A stretch of 64,000 bases of DNA from Tubulanus polymorphus (lineage: Eukaryota; Animalia; Nemertea): assembly GCF_964204645.1 (NCBI RefSeq), contig NC_134025.1, forward strand, positions 29,926,299 through 29,990,298, given 5' to 3'. A program made the translations under genes and the position numbers. The notes beneath the pieces are model-generated. The model saw nothing but the letters and a program-made list of their open reading frames with translations, made no database searches and was not told the origin of the DNA. Numbering within the stretch: the stretch's first letter is position 1; every line of letters begins with the position of its first letter. Below are positions 1 to 12,900 of the stretch, in pieces.

Positions 1-871
1 CCCCCATTACATTCAAATACACCGGATACTCCGATGAGTGGAGGTTCGATGCCTCCTCCGCCTCCTTCACCTCCGCTCGATATCGATTATAGCGATCACG
101 GCGGTCCGATACCGAGTCCGCCTCCTCCACCACCTCCCCCGCCTCCACCACCTCCCCCACCACCTCCGCCGTCGATACTCGCTAACGGTAACATCATCGC
201 TCCTCCTCCTCCTCATCCCGATAATATATCACTATCGTCGAATACGAGTTCGATGACGTCTGCTTCGGCTACGACGAGATCATCCGACGAGAATACGCAT
301 CCATCAGAGAGAGACGATCGCAGTGAATTATTATCAGCTATTAGAAGAGGTAAGATTCACAGGATCTCGTGCTTCATCACGGTCCAGTTTCATGACGAAT
401 TCACACTAGTAGTTTTGATTAATTGCTTTTGTGGTTATTTCACTCTGTTAATGAGGACAGGACAACAATTCAAACTTTTTCAATTTTAGCTTAATAATAC
501 ATTTTCATGAAACTTGACCCTGGTCTCTTGGCTGAGTTTCACGCTATACAGGGTTCTTACAGATCAGAGAAATAAATGAAGTTGATTTAAACCATGTACT
601 GTGGAACTAGGCCCAGCATCTAGCTCCACGGTTATGAGTTGAACTAATGAGTTGAAAATGAATTCTGAATATCTGTGTATTTTTTGTAGGATTTGAATTG
701 CGTAAAGTCGAACAGAAGAAAGAGGAACAAAAACAGAAACAGAAATCATCGCAACTCGACGTGGAAGCGATAATCCGTGAGTTAGACAAACGAAGGGTTA
801 ATTTAGAGAATAATTCAGATGAAGACAGCGAGGACGATGATATGGACTGGGATTCGGATCCAGATGAATAA
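1..871 (+). CDS. WASF: WAVE/SCAR (WASF family) actin nucleation-promoting factor, 3' partial: poly-Pro region and VCA (WH2-central-acidic) tail
   Basis: Exon <1..349 encodes poly-Pro and DDRSELLSAIRRG. A GT..AG intron spans 350-689. Exon 690..871 reads GFELRKVEQKKEEQ...LDVEAIIRELDKRR...SDEDSEDDDMDWDSDPDE*. Spliced, this gives the WH2 motif (RSxLLxAIRxGxxLRKV), the central helix and the acidic tail with Trp typical of WAVE. Confidence 0.85.
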
Positions 872-1500
872 ATTGAGGATTACGGATTGAGATATGGATT
901 GACTATGATACCGTAGTTTGGTCAGTTTTAGTTTGTTCTGCGATGAAAATGGACATTTTTGCAATAATACGTGGAAGATTTAGACTGGAAATTATGCTTA
1001 TAAGAAGTTCTGCTTTGAAGTTCTTTAAGTTCCAAATCTTTGACGCCGTTTGTCGTCGGTGTTTCCCTTGCGATGTACATGTAATGATAACTGAATTTTT
1101 CTCCCAACTCAAATCTTTTCACCGGAAAAAGAAATTAGAATCTTCCATTAAGAATGCGCCTAGTACTGTATTGGATGGTTGTATGTATTTTAGAATTGAA
1201 GTCCCATGACACAAAAATTCTGCGTCCTACAAATATTGTAAAGCTTCTGCCTTTTATTGCAACACACATCTTCTTATCGATTCAAGCATGTTATTGGATA
1301 GTTTTAGGATCCTTTCGAATTAGCATTTGCAGCAATCTTTGATTAGCTTATGTCGAGCTGAATGGTAGAAAGCCAGCTAACACGAGCAGTGTTATATTTG
1401 TGAGAACTATTTTCCCCCAGAGATTCCTAGATTAGTGTAAAATTGTAATATTCGTTTTGTATATAATACCGTATGTAAAGATGGGATTGTCATAAGTACT

Positions 1501-1575
<75 letters not shown>
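1501..1575. repeat. (TA)n microsatellite, probably in the WAVE 3' UTR
   Basis: About 75 nt of nearly pure TA dinucleotide repeat. Confidence 0.95.
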
Positions 1576-2107
1576 AACTAACTCTGATGAGATTTTAAGG
1601 TTACAATTTGACCTCTGAATACATGATCGATTATAAATTCGAGTGAAAATAATAAATATGGTTTTAGATGAGAATTTAGTTTGATCAGGTATTGTTTTCT
1701 TTGATCGGTGGGTGCTCTTACGGTAGGCAATAGACGATGGATAATTTCTGAAAAATTTTTTAATTTGTTCTACGTACAAAAAAATGAGAAATGAGCTTTA
1801 GTTGTATAGAATGGCGTATTCGAGTGCTGACACTGAAATACGGTCATGAGCTTTTATTCGAGAGAAGATCAGCTACTTGTCTTTGCAGAAGCTGGCAGCT
1901 TACACTATGAGTGATCAAAACTCCTGCTGCTCTCTAATCTACCATCAAAAAAACTGATTTTTTGTAAATATTGAACAGACATTATGAGAATGAATTATGA
2001 AAAACTGTAAATACGATATAAGATAAATGTAACTGTTTTATACAACTATGTATAATTTATAGAGATTGTGATGATAATTAAAGCCAGCGAAGTATATGTT
2101 TTTTGGG

Positions 2108-2514
2108 GGGTCGTCTATTTATAATGTGTGCAAATTTCCTTTCGATTTTGACCTCTCCTGTGTACGCGGCGCAGGGGCGGATCCACGCCAAAGAAAAATG
2201 ATTCGTTATAGGAATCGACCCCAATTCATAGTACATTAGACTCCACTTTACTCGGTAGCGTTGGGACTGTTAATAACAACCGGATACCGAGCTGAAGACT
2301 TCAGCCAATTTAATGTTTTGCTAAATAGATCGAAGAAAAATTGACTAATTTGACCGGTACTGAGTAAGGAGTATAATGTATAAGCAATTTTTAACCATGT
2401 GTATCTCACGTAAGCCACGTGAAGCGGCCTGGATCTGACCCTGCGGTATTATTACGTGGTGTAGGAGAAACTGATTTCGTACCCCTCAACGCGTACATGA
2501 TAAATAGACGACCT
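2108..2514. mobile_element. MITE with a second inverted-repeat element nested inside it (2171-2444)
   Basis: Outer TIR: GGTCGTCTATTTATAATGT at ~2109 against the reverse complement of ACATGATAAATAGACGACC ending at 2513. Inner TIR: GCAGGGGCGGATCCACGCC (2171) against GGCCTGGATCTGACCCTGC (ending 2444). Confidence 0.7.
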
Positions 2515-3465
2515 CTTCGTATGATTCTTTAATATATAGATAAGTATTAAACCGTCTGGCAATAAACCTGTATAAACCATTGGTTGATCAGAGACGTACG
2601 TGCTATACAACGTGTATGTATTGTGGTGAAGATATATTAGTTCCCAGGGAAAAATCCCCCCCCGTTACAGAAAAATCACGATTATTACAAAATGGCTTTT
2701 GTTTGAAGAGAGCTACGATCCCAATTATTATAATAACTTTAACTATGGAATATTGTTCATGTGGCACAGAATCAATTTGAATAATAACACAATTTTTACC
2801 TGTGCCAAAAATCAACCGTGTTATCCGAATATATTATGCATGCAACCTTCATTAATAGGAGTAATAATGATAATAAACCAAATGAAATGAAGTAATATCC
2901 ATAGTTACAGCTCTCTGTTTATCTATTGGTGCGTTTTATTTACAAATCGGAATAAATTTGAATATCTTATAAATATATAGTTTGTTGTCGAGTTTCTCGT
3001 TTCAAATTCTCCGGAGCTGTGTCAACTTAACTCTTGTGTGTTGTTTGTAATAGAGAGGATAAAGCAAAAGTAAGCGCTTTTGGTATGGAAAGTAATGGCA
3101 CTTCAGTGAATTGGGCCCATGGTAAGAATCAAGATCATGCAACTCCTCACATTTGAACTGAAAGGAAAATATATTTCCAATGTCTGGGATTCGAATCTGA
3201 TGCACGAACAATTGGTCTTGTAAATAGATTGATGATTAGAAACTTTTCACCAGAAACAAAAGTTTTAGGATATTCCTCAGTCACCAGTTCCAATAAAATC
3301 CGAATAACCCAACACAAAGATTAAGTAAGATTGATGATATGTAATATTTGTCTCATGAAAATAATATATTTTGATATATCCAAGTAATATAAATGCAATA
3401 GTAATGACATGACCAGCACTATAAACTACAGTATAATATTTACAAATTCTCGAGGAATGAGTTTA

Positions 3466-6400
3466 CTATCTTCTGCTCGAAGAAGGTTGTTTATCAGTGG
3501 ATGCCGAGTAACTGAAAATAACAATCACAATAGTTATAGTAACATTATTATAGATTCATCATGCTATGAATGAGTTAGAAGTATTTTCTCACCTGCCCAG
3601 TTGACCTCCAGCCATGCTGAAAAATTTATTGAAGTCCATACGTAGGAGTAACTGAGCTAAATGTGGACTCGATTGATGACTTTGAACACTGGACAATATC
3701 CGGAATAATAAACCAGATTGTACCTGAAAACTCTGTATGAAATAAAACAAATATCTCTCAGTAATGAGTTCACTTCATTCAGGTTGTAACACTACAGATG
3801 CTTGCAGTAGGCCTACCTTAGACAGTTCTTCTAATTTATTTGTTTCGGCTTCCTGACTCGGAGCTTCGCCTTGCATCAGAACGCAGAAATTGTTGCAAAT
3901 CTCTAGAATTTCTTTCAAGTAACGCGACACCTGCAAATACCGGTAAGAGAAAAGAATTTATTACGATTATTTCCAAGGGAAAAATACGAAGCTTCTTCGA
4001 AAAACTTACGGTTTTCATGTGTAGGAATGATTGAACTAATAACGCGGCCAGAAACTGATCGTGAGCCAATCTGATAGCTTCGAAGTCATGAGTAGCTTCG
4101 ATCTTACCGAGTAAAATACTGTACTGAGATTCAATCACATCAACCTACAATCAATTAAACAAACGTTCCTTTTACCAAACAAATTCTACATTCTCGCTAT
4201 AGATATCAAAACGAACGATTATTCGATGAATATAGAACTGATACCTGTAGATAGTACTGCAGATTATCGAGAAGGTAAGCCATATGATATCGTAGCAACC
4301 ATTTCAATCTCGCTTGTTCTTCGTTTAGACTTTGTTTATTTTGCATCTGCTCCGCCCAACAATTCTGCAACCTCAACTGAACGCGTTTCAGCGTCAGCAA
4401 AAACCGGAATAATTTATTATACCTACGAAACGAGAAATAGTTTAATGAGAGGAACGTCATCTGAAAAGGAGTTTTAAAGTGGAATGATTTGAATACAGTA
4501 CTTGTCTAATGTTGAGTTTGTGAAGAGTAAATGTAACGGCCATTCTACAGTACACGTTAGACCTAATGCACTCCATCCGTTGATGACTGAGTCTGTGCGA
4601 GATGGCTCTAAAATAACAAACATTCAAAACTTTTAATTTCTTTAACAGTTAGCTCAGCTCGGAATCCTGTACACTCGATGACATTCCAAACACTACAGGC
4701 CCAGAGGTAGGTTTTGGGGGCGTTCTCATGGATCCAGACCCTGCCTTCGCACTGAGGTGCCGTTTTTGCCAAGCCAGAGATAGCTAAAACCTATAAATTT
4801 CACACTCATCCTGTCAGAATTTGCATCTTTTAGATGTATTTCATCAAAACTATATTAACACCGAGGGTGGGACCCCCACTAGTGGCTTTTGCCATGGCTG
4901 CATTATCCAAGAAATGCCATTTCTTTCCTTCTGTACTCTGGCCTTCCGATTATTTTCCTAGATCCGCCATGAGACCCCGCTGTAACTTCAAATCTAAGAC
5001 AAAACAGTTGAAAAAAAATTGCATTATTTTCATTCTTACTTTTGGAAAGGATTTTATTAGAGTTGATTGTCAGCTGAAAAGCTTGAAACAACTGATCATC
5101 TTCTACTTGTAAAACCATGCGTGCGGCTTGGTGGAACGCGAAATTTACATCTATCAAAATAGACAATGAAATTATACAGTGAAAATCAGGTTTTATAACC
5201 GCTTAAAGCTCAACGATTCATACCCATTCTTACCGTGTTGTGTGTTAGCATTCGGAGGATGATTAAGAAGTTGTCTTTCGTTGCACGTATCGATAAACGC
5301 TAGGAATAATTCACCGCGACCGAGTAAATACATATCCTTCATCACTTGTAAATGTGTATATAAATGATTCTCTTCAAGAACCATGTGCCACAGACGCTAG
5401 AAATATAAACAACACAACATAATCATTGATAAAACACGATATCCCTGTTGTGATGCAAATCCCGCTAAAACAGCAAAATATATTACCGTATTATTACAAT
5501 TATTACTGTATCTATTAAGTCATGTAGCCTACATTTATATTTGAATCTATGTCCTTTAATTATTCAGTCTGTAAAAATGTTCTTCACGTGAATTTTTGTA
5601 TTTTTGTATTCTTATCTTTCCTCTTATAGTCTGTACTTTTTGTACGAAATAAAGACTTATGATTATTATTTATTATAAATTCTGAAAATTTTTCTTTTCT
5701 TTTAGTTTTGACTATATTTTAATAGTCATCTTAAAGGAAACATTGTCGGAATTCATATCATACATAGACAATAATCAACCGATGATTGAGTCAGTAGAGG
5801 GGGAAAAGTGTTCACAGAACAGGGGGTCAGGAGATAAGGGGCCAGAAAAACTGCTGTCAGGAGGACAGGGAACAGAACTGAAAAGTTTTCGTTACCTCTG
5901 CAACACACATTCGTACTTTGCCGACGACTTCTTCGAAATTCTGAAGATCAAATTCTCGATGTTTCGAAAGATTGTAAATTTCTTTGGCAAATTTTTCTTC
6001 ATTTTCTCTCAAAACAGAATCTAAACAGAGAAATCAGTGATAGAGAGAAAATGTTGACTTCATAAAATCCAATTGTTAATTCATTGGTCTTACTGTAATG
6101 CATGAAACTTGTTATTTCATGTTTCTGCTCAAACATTTGAACCGATTCGCCGACAAATAATATTTTCTCTCCGAGACTCAGAGGTATATACGACGGGAAC
6201 ATGTCGCTACGGATACTGAATTCTTCTCTTTTATTCGGAATCGACGGTTCATACATCGAACTTTGCTAAAATGAAAGAAAAAGAAAAACATCACACATGT
6301 TGGAACTGTGAATCAGTAAGATCGCAATAACCATGATGGAGAACAATACATGTCAAATCCCACAATTGTTGAAAAAGTATATCTAAAATACTGGAAATAT

Positions 6401-8152
6401 ATCGGATGATTCCACTGCCACCTGACCAGTTTAATTTTTTCATTTTTGACCGAAGAAAGACTGCAGACTCCACGTCTGCGTGTACAGAGGAAGAAAGAGA
6501 TTGTGCATAGAAAACAATATAATATAGATTTTACATGTAGTATTTCAACAATTGTGGGATTTCACATTTATGTTTGAACTGCGATGATCTTTTAAACAAA
6601 TTCATGCTGACGATACCATAATAATCTCCTGTAACTGTCGCCCGGTGATCCCGCCTATCCCGAGATCGTCGTCATCGGCCATCGCCATAGCAACAGCGGT
6701 CGGAGTTTCGTGTTGGATGAAGAATTCGTGATGTTGATCCAATAGAACGCCTTGTAACATCCATATAGATAACTGTTTATACATTACACCGTGACAATAA
6801 TATAACAACCTGAAATATTAACATATCATCTAACTATGATTGTGGACAGACAGATTCGTTCCATCAGTCAGAATTATAACACTTACTCATTAAGAGCATC
6901 TTTAACACTAGTTAAACCAGTTTGACTGTTCTTGTAAATAACGTCCAAAATTTGACAACCGTGACTCTGTAAAAATTAAATCAGATTTCAATCTCAAACA
7001 TTATGATTCAACGGTCCAATTTTTTAAATCTCTAATCCGGATTAGATCAAAATGTAGGGTTAACTGATCTGGATTGCATCTACTAACCTTCTTTACTGTG
7101 ATTTGTTCTAAAAGCCCAGTTAATGCGACAAATAGATATCTAAACTGAAATCGAAATATTCAAACGTTTAGAATAAGATGAAAATCACAGGACTCTAAAC
7201 CTTAAAACCAAGTTAAGACTTAAAGAATTAAAATTAGTTAATTTCCAAATCTTCGATCATAATTGTGAAGCCGGTTTCACTGTTCTCTCAGTAGGATAGA
7301 AATATTTACCTGTTGTAATTCACTAGATATATACATGACAGTAAGATGTGCATCGGTTAAAATTTTTTGCTCAAGTTCCAATAATTTCTGTTTATAGGGA
7401 GCTAACGTTTGAAGTAACCCATCACAGAATGCTGTCAGATATAAACCAGGTTTCAAACCAGATTTAAAACAATCATCTGAAATTAAGAGAATTAGATCAA
7501 CTAGCCTGGACAAAAACAAGGACATATAACTTTAGAGAGTTGTAGGGTCTACCTACAGTTTAGGTCACCTTTCCACTGTGGTGGTGCTAGTGTAATGGTA
7601 AGGCTGGGTTCAAAACTATTCATTAAAGACACCTTAACCCGGAACTGAAGTTGCTCTGATATGTGATGTGTGGTTTTTGTACCATCAGCTCTGAACTCTT
7701 CCTACCCTAACCCAGCACCCGGTGTGCCCAGGCATCACGCCATGGGTAAGGGCTTACCTTCTTTAAGCGCAGGACAACAGGAATGCTCGCTTATAAAAGA
7801 GTTGAACGCACAATATTGACTGCCGAGCTTCAGAAGTTGATTCAATAAATTTTCTTCCTCTTTCGAAAGAAAAGGCAAATCAGCAACAACCTGAAAATGT
7901 CATGTCTCCATGTCAGTTATACTGACAGTCGTCACAGAGGGTGGCAAAATATAGTCAGATTTGTTTACTTTGATAAGAAAGCCTGAGGAGTGAACTGAGT
8001 CGAGTGAGGTCGAGGACTGGATCGGGAGAGAAAGAATGAGGAAGGAAGGCCTCCTTTTTTATTTAAAACTTACTCACCTTTATCTCAGCCGATTTCATAA
8101 CAAATATATTACCCGGGTACCCGGCTAATGCCATAAATAACTCATGCAACAT
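3466..8152 (-). CDS. TUBGCP4: Gamma-tubulin complex component 4 (multi-exon, complete)
   Basis: ATG at 8152 reads [17 protein letters not shown], matching the GCP4 N-terminus. Internal exons include [88 protein letters not shown] and [15 protein letters not shown]. The last exon ends ...SSRR* with TAG at 3468-3466. About 15 exons with GT-AG boundaries. Confidence 0.95.
6350..6567. mobile_element. MITE-like inverted repeat in a TUBGCP4 intron
   Basis: ATGTCAAATCCCACAATTGTTGAAA (~6350) is the near-perfect reverse complement of TTTCAACAATTGTGGGATTTCACAT (~6543-6567). Confidence 0.6.
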
Positions 8153-9999
8153 CCTGTCAGTGAGTGGTGAGAGGGTTTTCACCGCCTAATAATATTAGTA
8201 AGAAAACCGCCGCAAATTTGTATTTGTTTCATTTCATTGAATTGAATTGAATTGAATATGAGTCATTCTGCAGAATTTCCAGAACCTGCTCTCAGAGGTG
8301 AGCTGGCCTCTCAGGGCAGAAACCTACCCTCAGGGGCCGCGGTCAATAAAAACTAAAAATCCATTCACCAGATTGAGCTGAAACGGTGGAAAGTCAAGAT
8401 AATAGGGAAAATCTAAACAAACAAAAGTTTAATCCGCAATGCCCACGTTTATTATCAACAACTATTCAAGAATATATAAGAATATAGAATCAGAATTGGT
8501 ATTTTACTGAAAGAAATTAAAAAATAAAACTACTTTTCATCAATATAAAGAAATGAAAAAAATAAAAATTTATTTCGGAGAGAAAGTGGCGCGTGGATGA
8601 TAGTTTTACGGTTCTCACCTGCTTAATCCAGCGGCTGACACGAATACGATTTTTGCTAAAGGCCACAGTCACCCGTAAGTACCAGAATAAACAAAATGGC
8701 GGCTTTTTGAATGGCTTAACGTGATTCAGAACGACACAGGTGACATTAGTTAGTTACCTAATCGTTGGTGGTAAGCTTTTATAATCGGATGGGCTTATAC
8801 CAACGTTAGGGATGACAAGGACCAAAACACGGTTGAAAAAAGTAACACTTCAAAAATATACTTTCTATTCACTTCAGTCCACAATTAATGGCTTAATTCA
8901 CAAACTAACACAGGTACCTTTCGAAATAATCCAATTTTATGTATGTTTCGAGTGATTAATCAACATTATTTTGAGAAATTAATTAATTTCTCCACAAATT
9001 TCGCCATTGGCCGCCATTTCTCTGTATTGCACATGTGGCATGATAAGACAAGGGGACCTACAAGGATTTATATAAAACTTCCAAGACGAAACGACAATTT
9101 TTATTTTTGATGGTTTTCCAACTTTTATTTCAAGTCTTCGTGTTTTCCATAATAAATAATAAAATAATAAATTTCTGGTAAAAGAAAAATGTGAATAAGT
9201 GTTGATTTTTTAATTTTTTTAAATTTCGTCGTTTCGCTTTGTTAGTTTGTGCTGTTGTCCTGGCCTCAGTCCACAGGTGCCAGCACCTCCAGTAATTTTC
9301 AAAATGGCAGCTGTTGACTGGACGGAAATTTACTCTCACTTTACGGCCGATTTGCACATGGATTAAGATCGTCAGGTGAGGTGTTATAGGTATCAGACAA
9401 ACTACGAATCTGTTGTGCGTCGATTACAACAAAAATGAGACAGATATCTTAAGAGACAATGAAATGCCAGGCAAATTACTCGTCAGTCAAATTGGCTGAC
9501 GAAGATTTCATACAAAAATGACCTTCCCATTCCTGACTGTGGTTTGTGAAAATATCCGATCGTGAAACTAAACCACAGACAGGTTACTGACTAAGGTGAC
9601 ATCTAACATCCGCGTTGCTGGCTTGCAGCTAATAACTAGGAAGTAAGTGTAAATATAACTTTATCGAAAGAGGTGACGACATTTAAATCGAACTCCTTAA
9701 AATATGAAACCCCATCAAGTTTACATCCGAAATCCCTCCCTGACCCTGTGTAAGTAAGTAATGAAATTTCTGGCCTATTTGTAGCCTAAATGAAGTGAAG
9801 GCACCGAAACTGACTTACGCTGGGCCACCTGTGAAACTCAAATCAAGCCAAATAGACATTAGTTTATATCGTATGTCTACATACGATATAAGTTTGTTTG
9901 TTTAGTTTGTGCCAGTTTGTTTGTGTCATTCAACTGCTTGACAGTGGTTCCGTCTAGCAGCAGCTGTGGAGTGCGAGTGTCCAATATTCGACTAAAAAG
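8153..9999. promoter_or_regulatory. Divergent intergenic/promoter region between TUBGCP4 and the Macro-TIR gene
   Basis: The ATGs at 8152 (-) and 10000 (+) are head-to-head. YY1-like motifs occur as CAAAATGGCGGC (~8692), GGCCGCCATTT (~9009) and CAAAATGGCAGC (~9300). Part of the region is a dispersed repeat. Confidence 0.5.
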
Positions 10000-12900
10000 A
10001 TGGCTGCAGGATTATATCGAGCATCATCAATTGATTTAGTCACCGATGAAGGACATCATGAGATTCAGTTATTACTTGGTGATATTACATTATTGCCCCC
10101 TGAAGATAAAGTCGATCTTCTTATGATTTCCGCTTTTCCTGGTAATAATAAATACACCGTTAATTGACCGACCCGGGACTGAATTCATCGGTGCTATGAA
10201 ACTATCGTTATATTTCAGGTGATTATTGCGCCACTCCGACGTCTGTGATTGGTGCGTTAAAACGCTCGTTTGGAATCAACGTGCGCGATTTAGCGCGAGA
10301 TAAAGCTGAAGATTTGAGAAGGAATTTCAATTGTTGGTTCTCTCATCCACTTCCAGATGGTTTGCCCTACAAGTAATTACACTTCATAATCAAAAACATT
10401 ATCGTGTTAGCGACAATTGATCAATGACCAACCCTGTATCCCTGTATGATAATGAGAAATCTTTCATTGTTGGTCCTTAATACTGGTTTTATCCACCATC
10501 AATTGTGACAAGTCCCTGTTGTGTTGTCTACTGTATTCTTGATTCCTTCTGATTTGCTTGATTTTAAACATTTTCAGACGACTTTTATGTTTTGAGCAAC
10601 AAGTGCGTGATTTCAGCCACCCGAGTATGTTAATAGGAGATGTTTTTCGATGTATGATTCCAGCATTCAACAATCAACCGAGTTCCGTTATAACTCCTAT
10701 TCTCGCGTCTGGCGATCAGGTGGGTCGATTTATCCACATCATATCAAATTCATTCATATTCTACATTGTATACAACTTGCACGCAAAATTTCATTTCGAT
10801 AGTTTTCATACTAATCTGGGACCCAGTTCCACAGTTATTCTCCCACGTTCACAAAAAAGTTCTCAATTTTTGGTTTAGACACTGTTTAAATACTTATGTT
10901 TTCACTCTTTTGGGACATTGGACTTCTGGACCCAGTTTCAAAAAAGGTTGATTTAATTTCTCCAATCATTAAATCTGCATCTCAATTTCATTCAGGAGTT
11001 AATCATATCTGGGCATTTGTATATCCTTACTCAAAACTGTTTCAGGGTCATGTACGGTATGGGATGTATCTAGTTTGTTGTAATTATTTTCCAGAACTGT
11101 GATATAAATGTGATGTTGACATCGATGGTAGTTGCAGCGTGTAACTGGATCACTGCTGGATTACCTCTCGTTTGTCTCAAGATAGTTGTTTTCACGAGAG
11201 AACAATTCACCTGTGAATCGGATATCAAATCATCTTATCTCAATGGTCTCATCGATGTTTTCAATAAACAGAAATTGAAATGGGAGTCTCGAAAAACTAA
11301 ATGGAAGGTTAGTGCGAAATTTCACTCCAGTTTTACGTAATGACTTGAGAGTCAAAATCAATAATAAAAATATTGATTATTAACCCAAAGCCATGTGTAC
11401 CATTTATTGTGTGAATTGTGGGGATCATCACTTTTTGAAAGTGATAAAATGTCCGGTGTTTGTAGTTACGTTTCACTCGAAAATGTCTTTGGAAAGGTTC
11501 TAAACACATGTGAAATGTGAATGATAAAGAATTGGAAGATTGATGCCAGAAGTTGTCTAAATAAGTTGGATCCAGGCTACAGATACCTACACAATTTAGC
11601 ATACAGTCTCAATGGGTAACATGTTTGTCTTTATTTCACTGACAGGAGGTTTCTATACAGTACGATGTATTCCTGTCCTACAGTCGCGAAGATCAGGATT
11701 ACGTAGAAATGATACGAAAACAATTATTACTTGAAAAACCGGGACTTCGTATCAATACAGAAAAACATGAACTGGACTTAGAACAAGCTTGGCAACAGGA
11801 GATCTATGATACTATGATTGTCTGTCTCAGGTAACTGTCATCGCCTGTCTCGGATATCTATTCTGGTTTACTGTTGAACAGTACTGCCAACCAACCAACC
11901 ATCCCTTATTTCTAGAGACATTCTCTTCTGAATAATGATCTGTTGTTCCTCCTTGATTATGGCAAACTCCATGGAATTGAAAATGAATCGGTGTCCCTTC
12001 AAGTTTTAAGAATTTGGTCCATTGTCTTTCTTATTGGCTTATCTTGTCCCAGTCCCAGGAATTCATGAGTTGCGGGCAGTAAGACCGGCAAGAGACACTT
12101 GGGCTCATCCACTCTGTACAGAGTGACAACCTTCAGGCTGTGGACAACGACATTATGTCTAACCATGTTTCTTTGAAAATAATTCAATCAATAATAAAAA
12201 TAACAGGATATTGATAATGAATATTTTCAGAGTGATAACCATATTGAGCCCGAGTTATTTACAGTGCTCCAGTTGTTTAGATGAATACAATATGGCTTTA
12301 TGCTGTAATCGAGTTGTAGAACGCCATGTTTTAGCTCCTGTTTATCTAAAACAAGTTCAAGTGATGCCGACATACATGCTCGTTACTCAATATATAGATT
12401 TCAGGTATTTTATCCGTTGATGTTGTGTTTATCATTTGTTTTTAGAGTTCTGCCCGTTTTAACGCAGAATTACCTGACATCATTAGAATGTGTCGAAGAG
12501 TATAATATCGCACTGTGTTGTAATCGAGTGTCATCGCGTGATATTTTAGCACCGTTCCTTTTGAAAACGATACCTCAATTACCCGTTTATATGCAACTGA
12601 TTCAATATCTGGACTGTAGGTAAAGTTTTATAGCTGTTATGCACTTTGGGGCCATCCATGAAATACATAGCTCAAAATGACAATTTCTAAACCCCCGCTC
12701 TATAATGCAATTTTAAGCATCACAGTATGTTCAAAGGGAGAAGTGGCTGACTGTTTACCCCTTCACCCCATGTATGCATGCTTGTATTATGAATGGTCCC
12801 TTTCAAAATCTGTTTGTACATAATGATAATGCACAGAAAAATTTCTATACTAAACCTGGGTTAGATTTCTTTTTGTTATTCAAATATATTTCTCAGGATC

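Noticed and set aside
1432-1779. 115-aa minus-strand ORF with YIYIYI runs
   Set aside because: It is an artefact of the (TA)n microsatellite.
7700-7716. CCCTAACCC as a telomerase RNA template
   Set aside because: This is only a 9-nt match inside a short TUBGCP4 intron that looks like a decayed SINE, with no supporting pseudoknot or H/ACA evidence.
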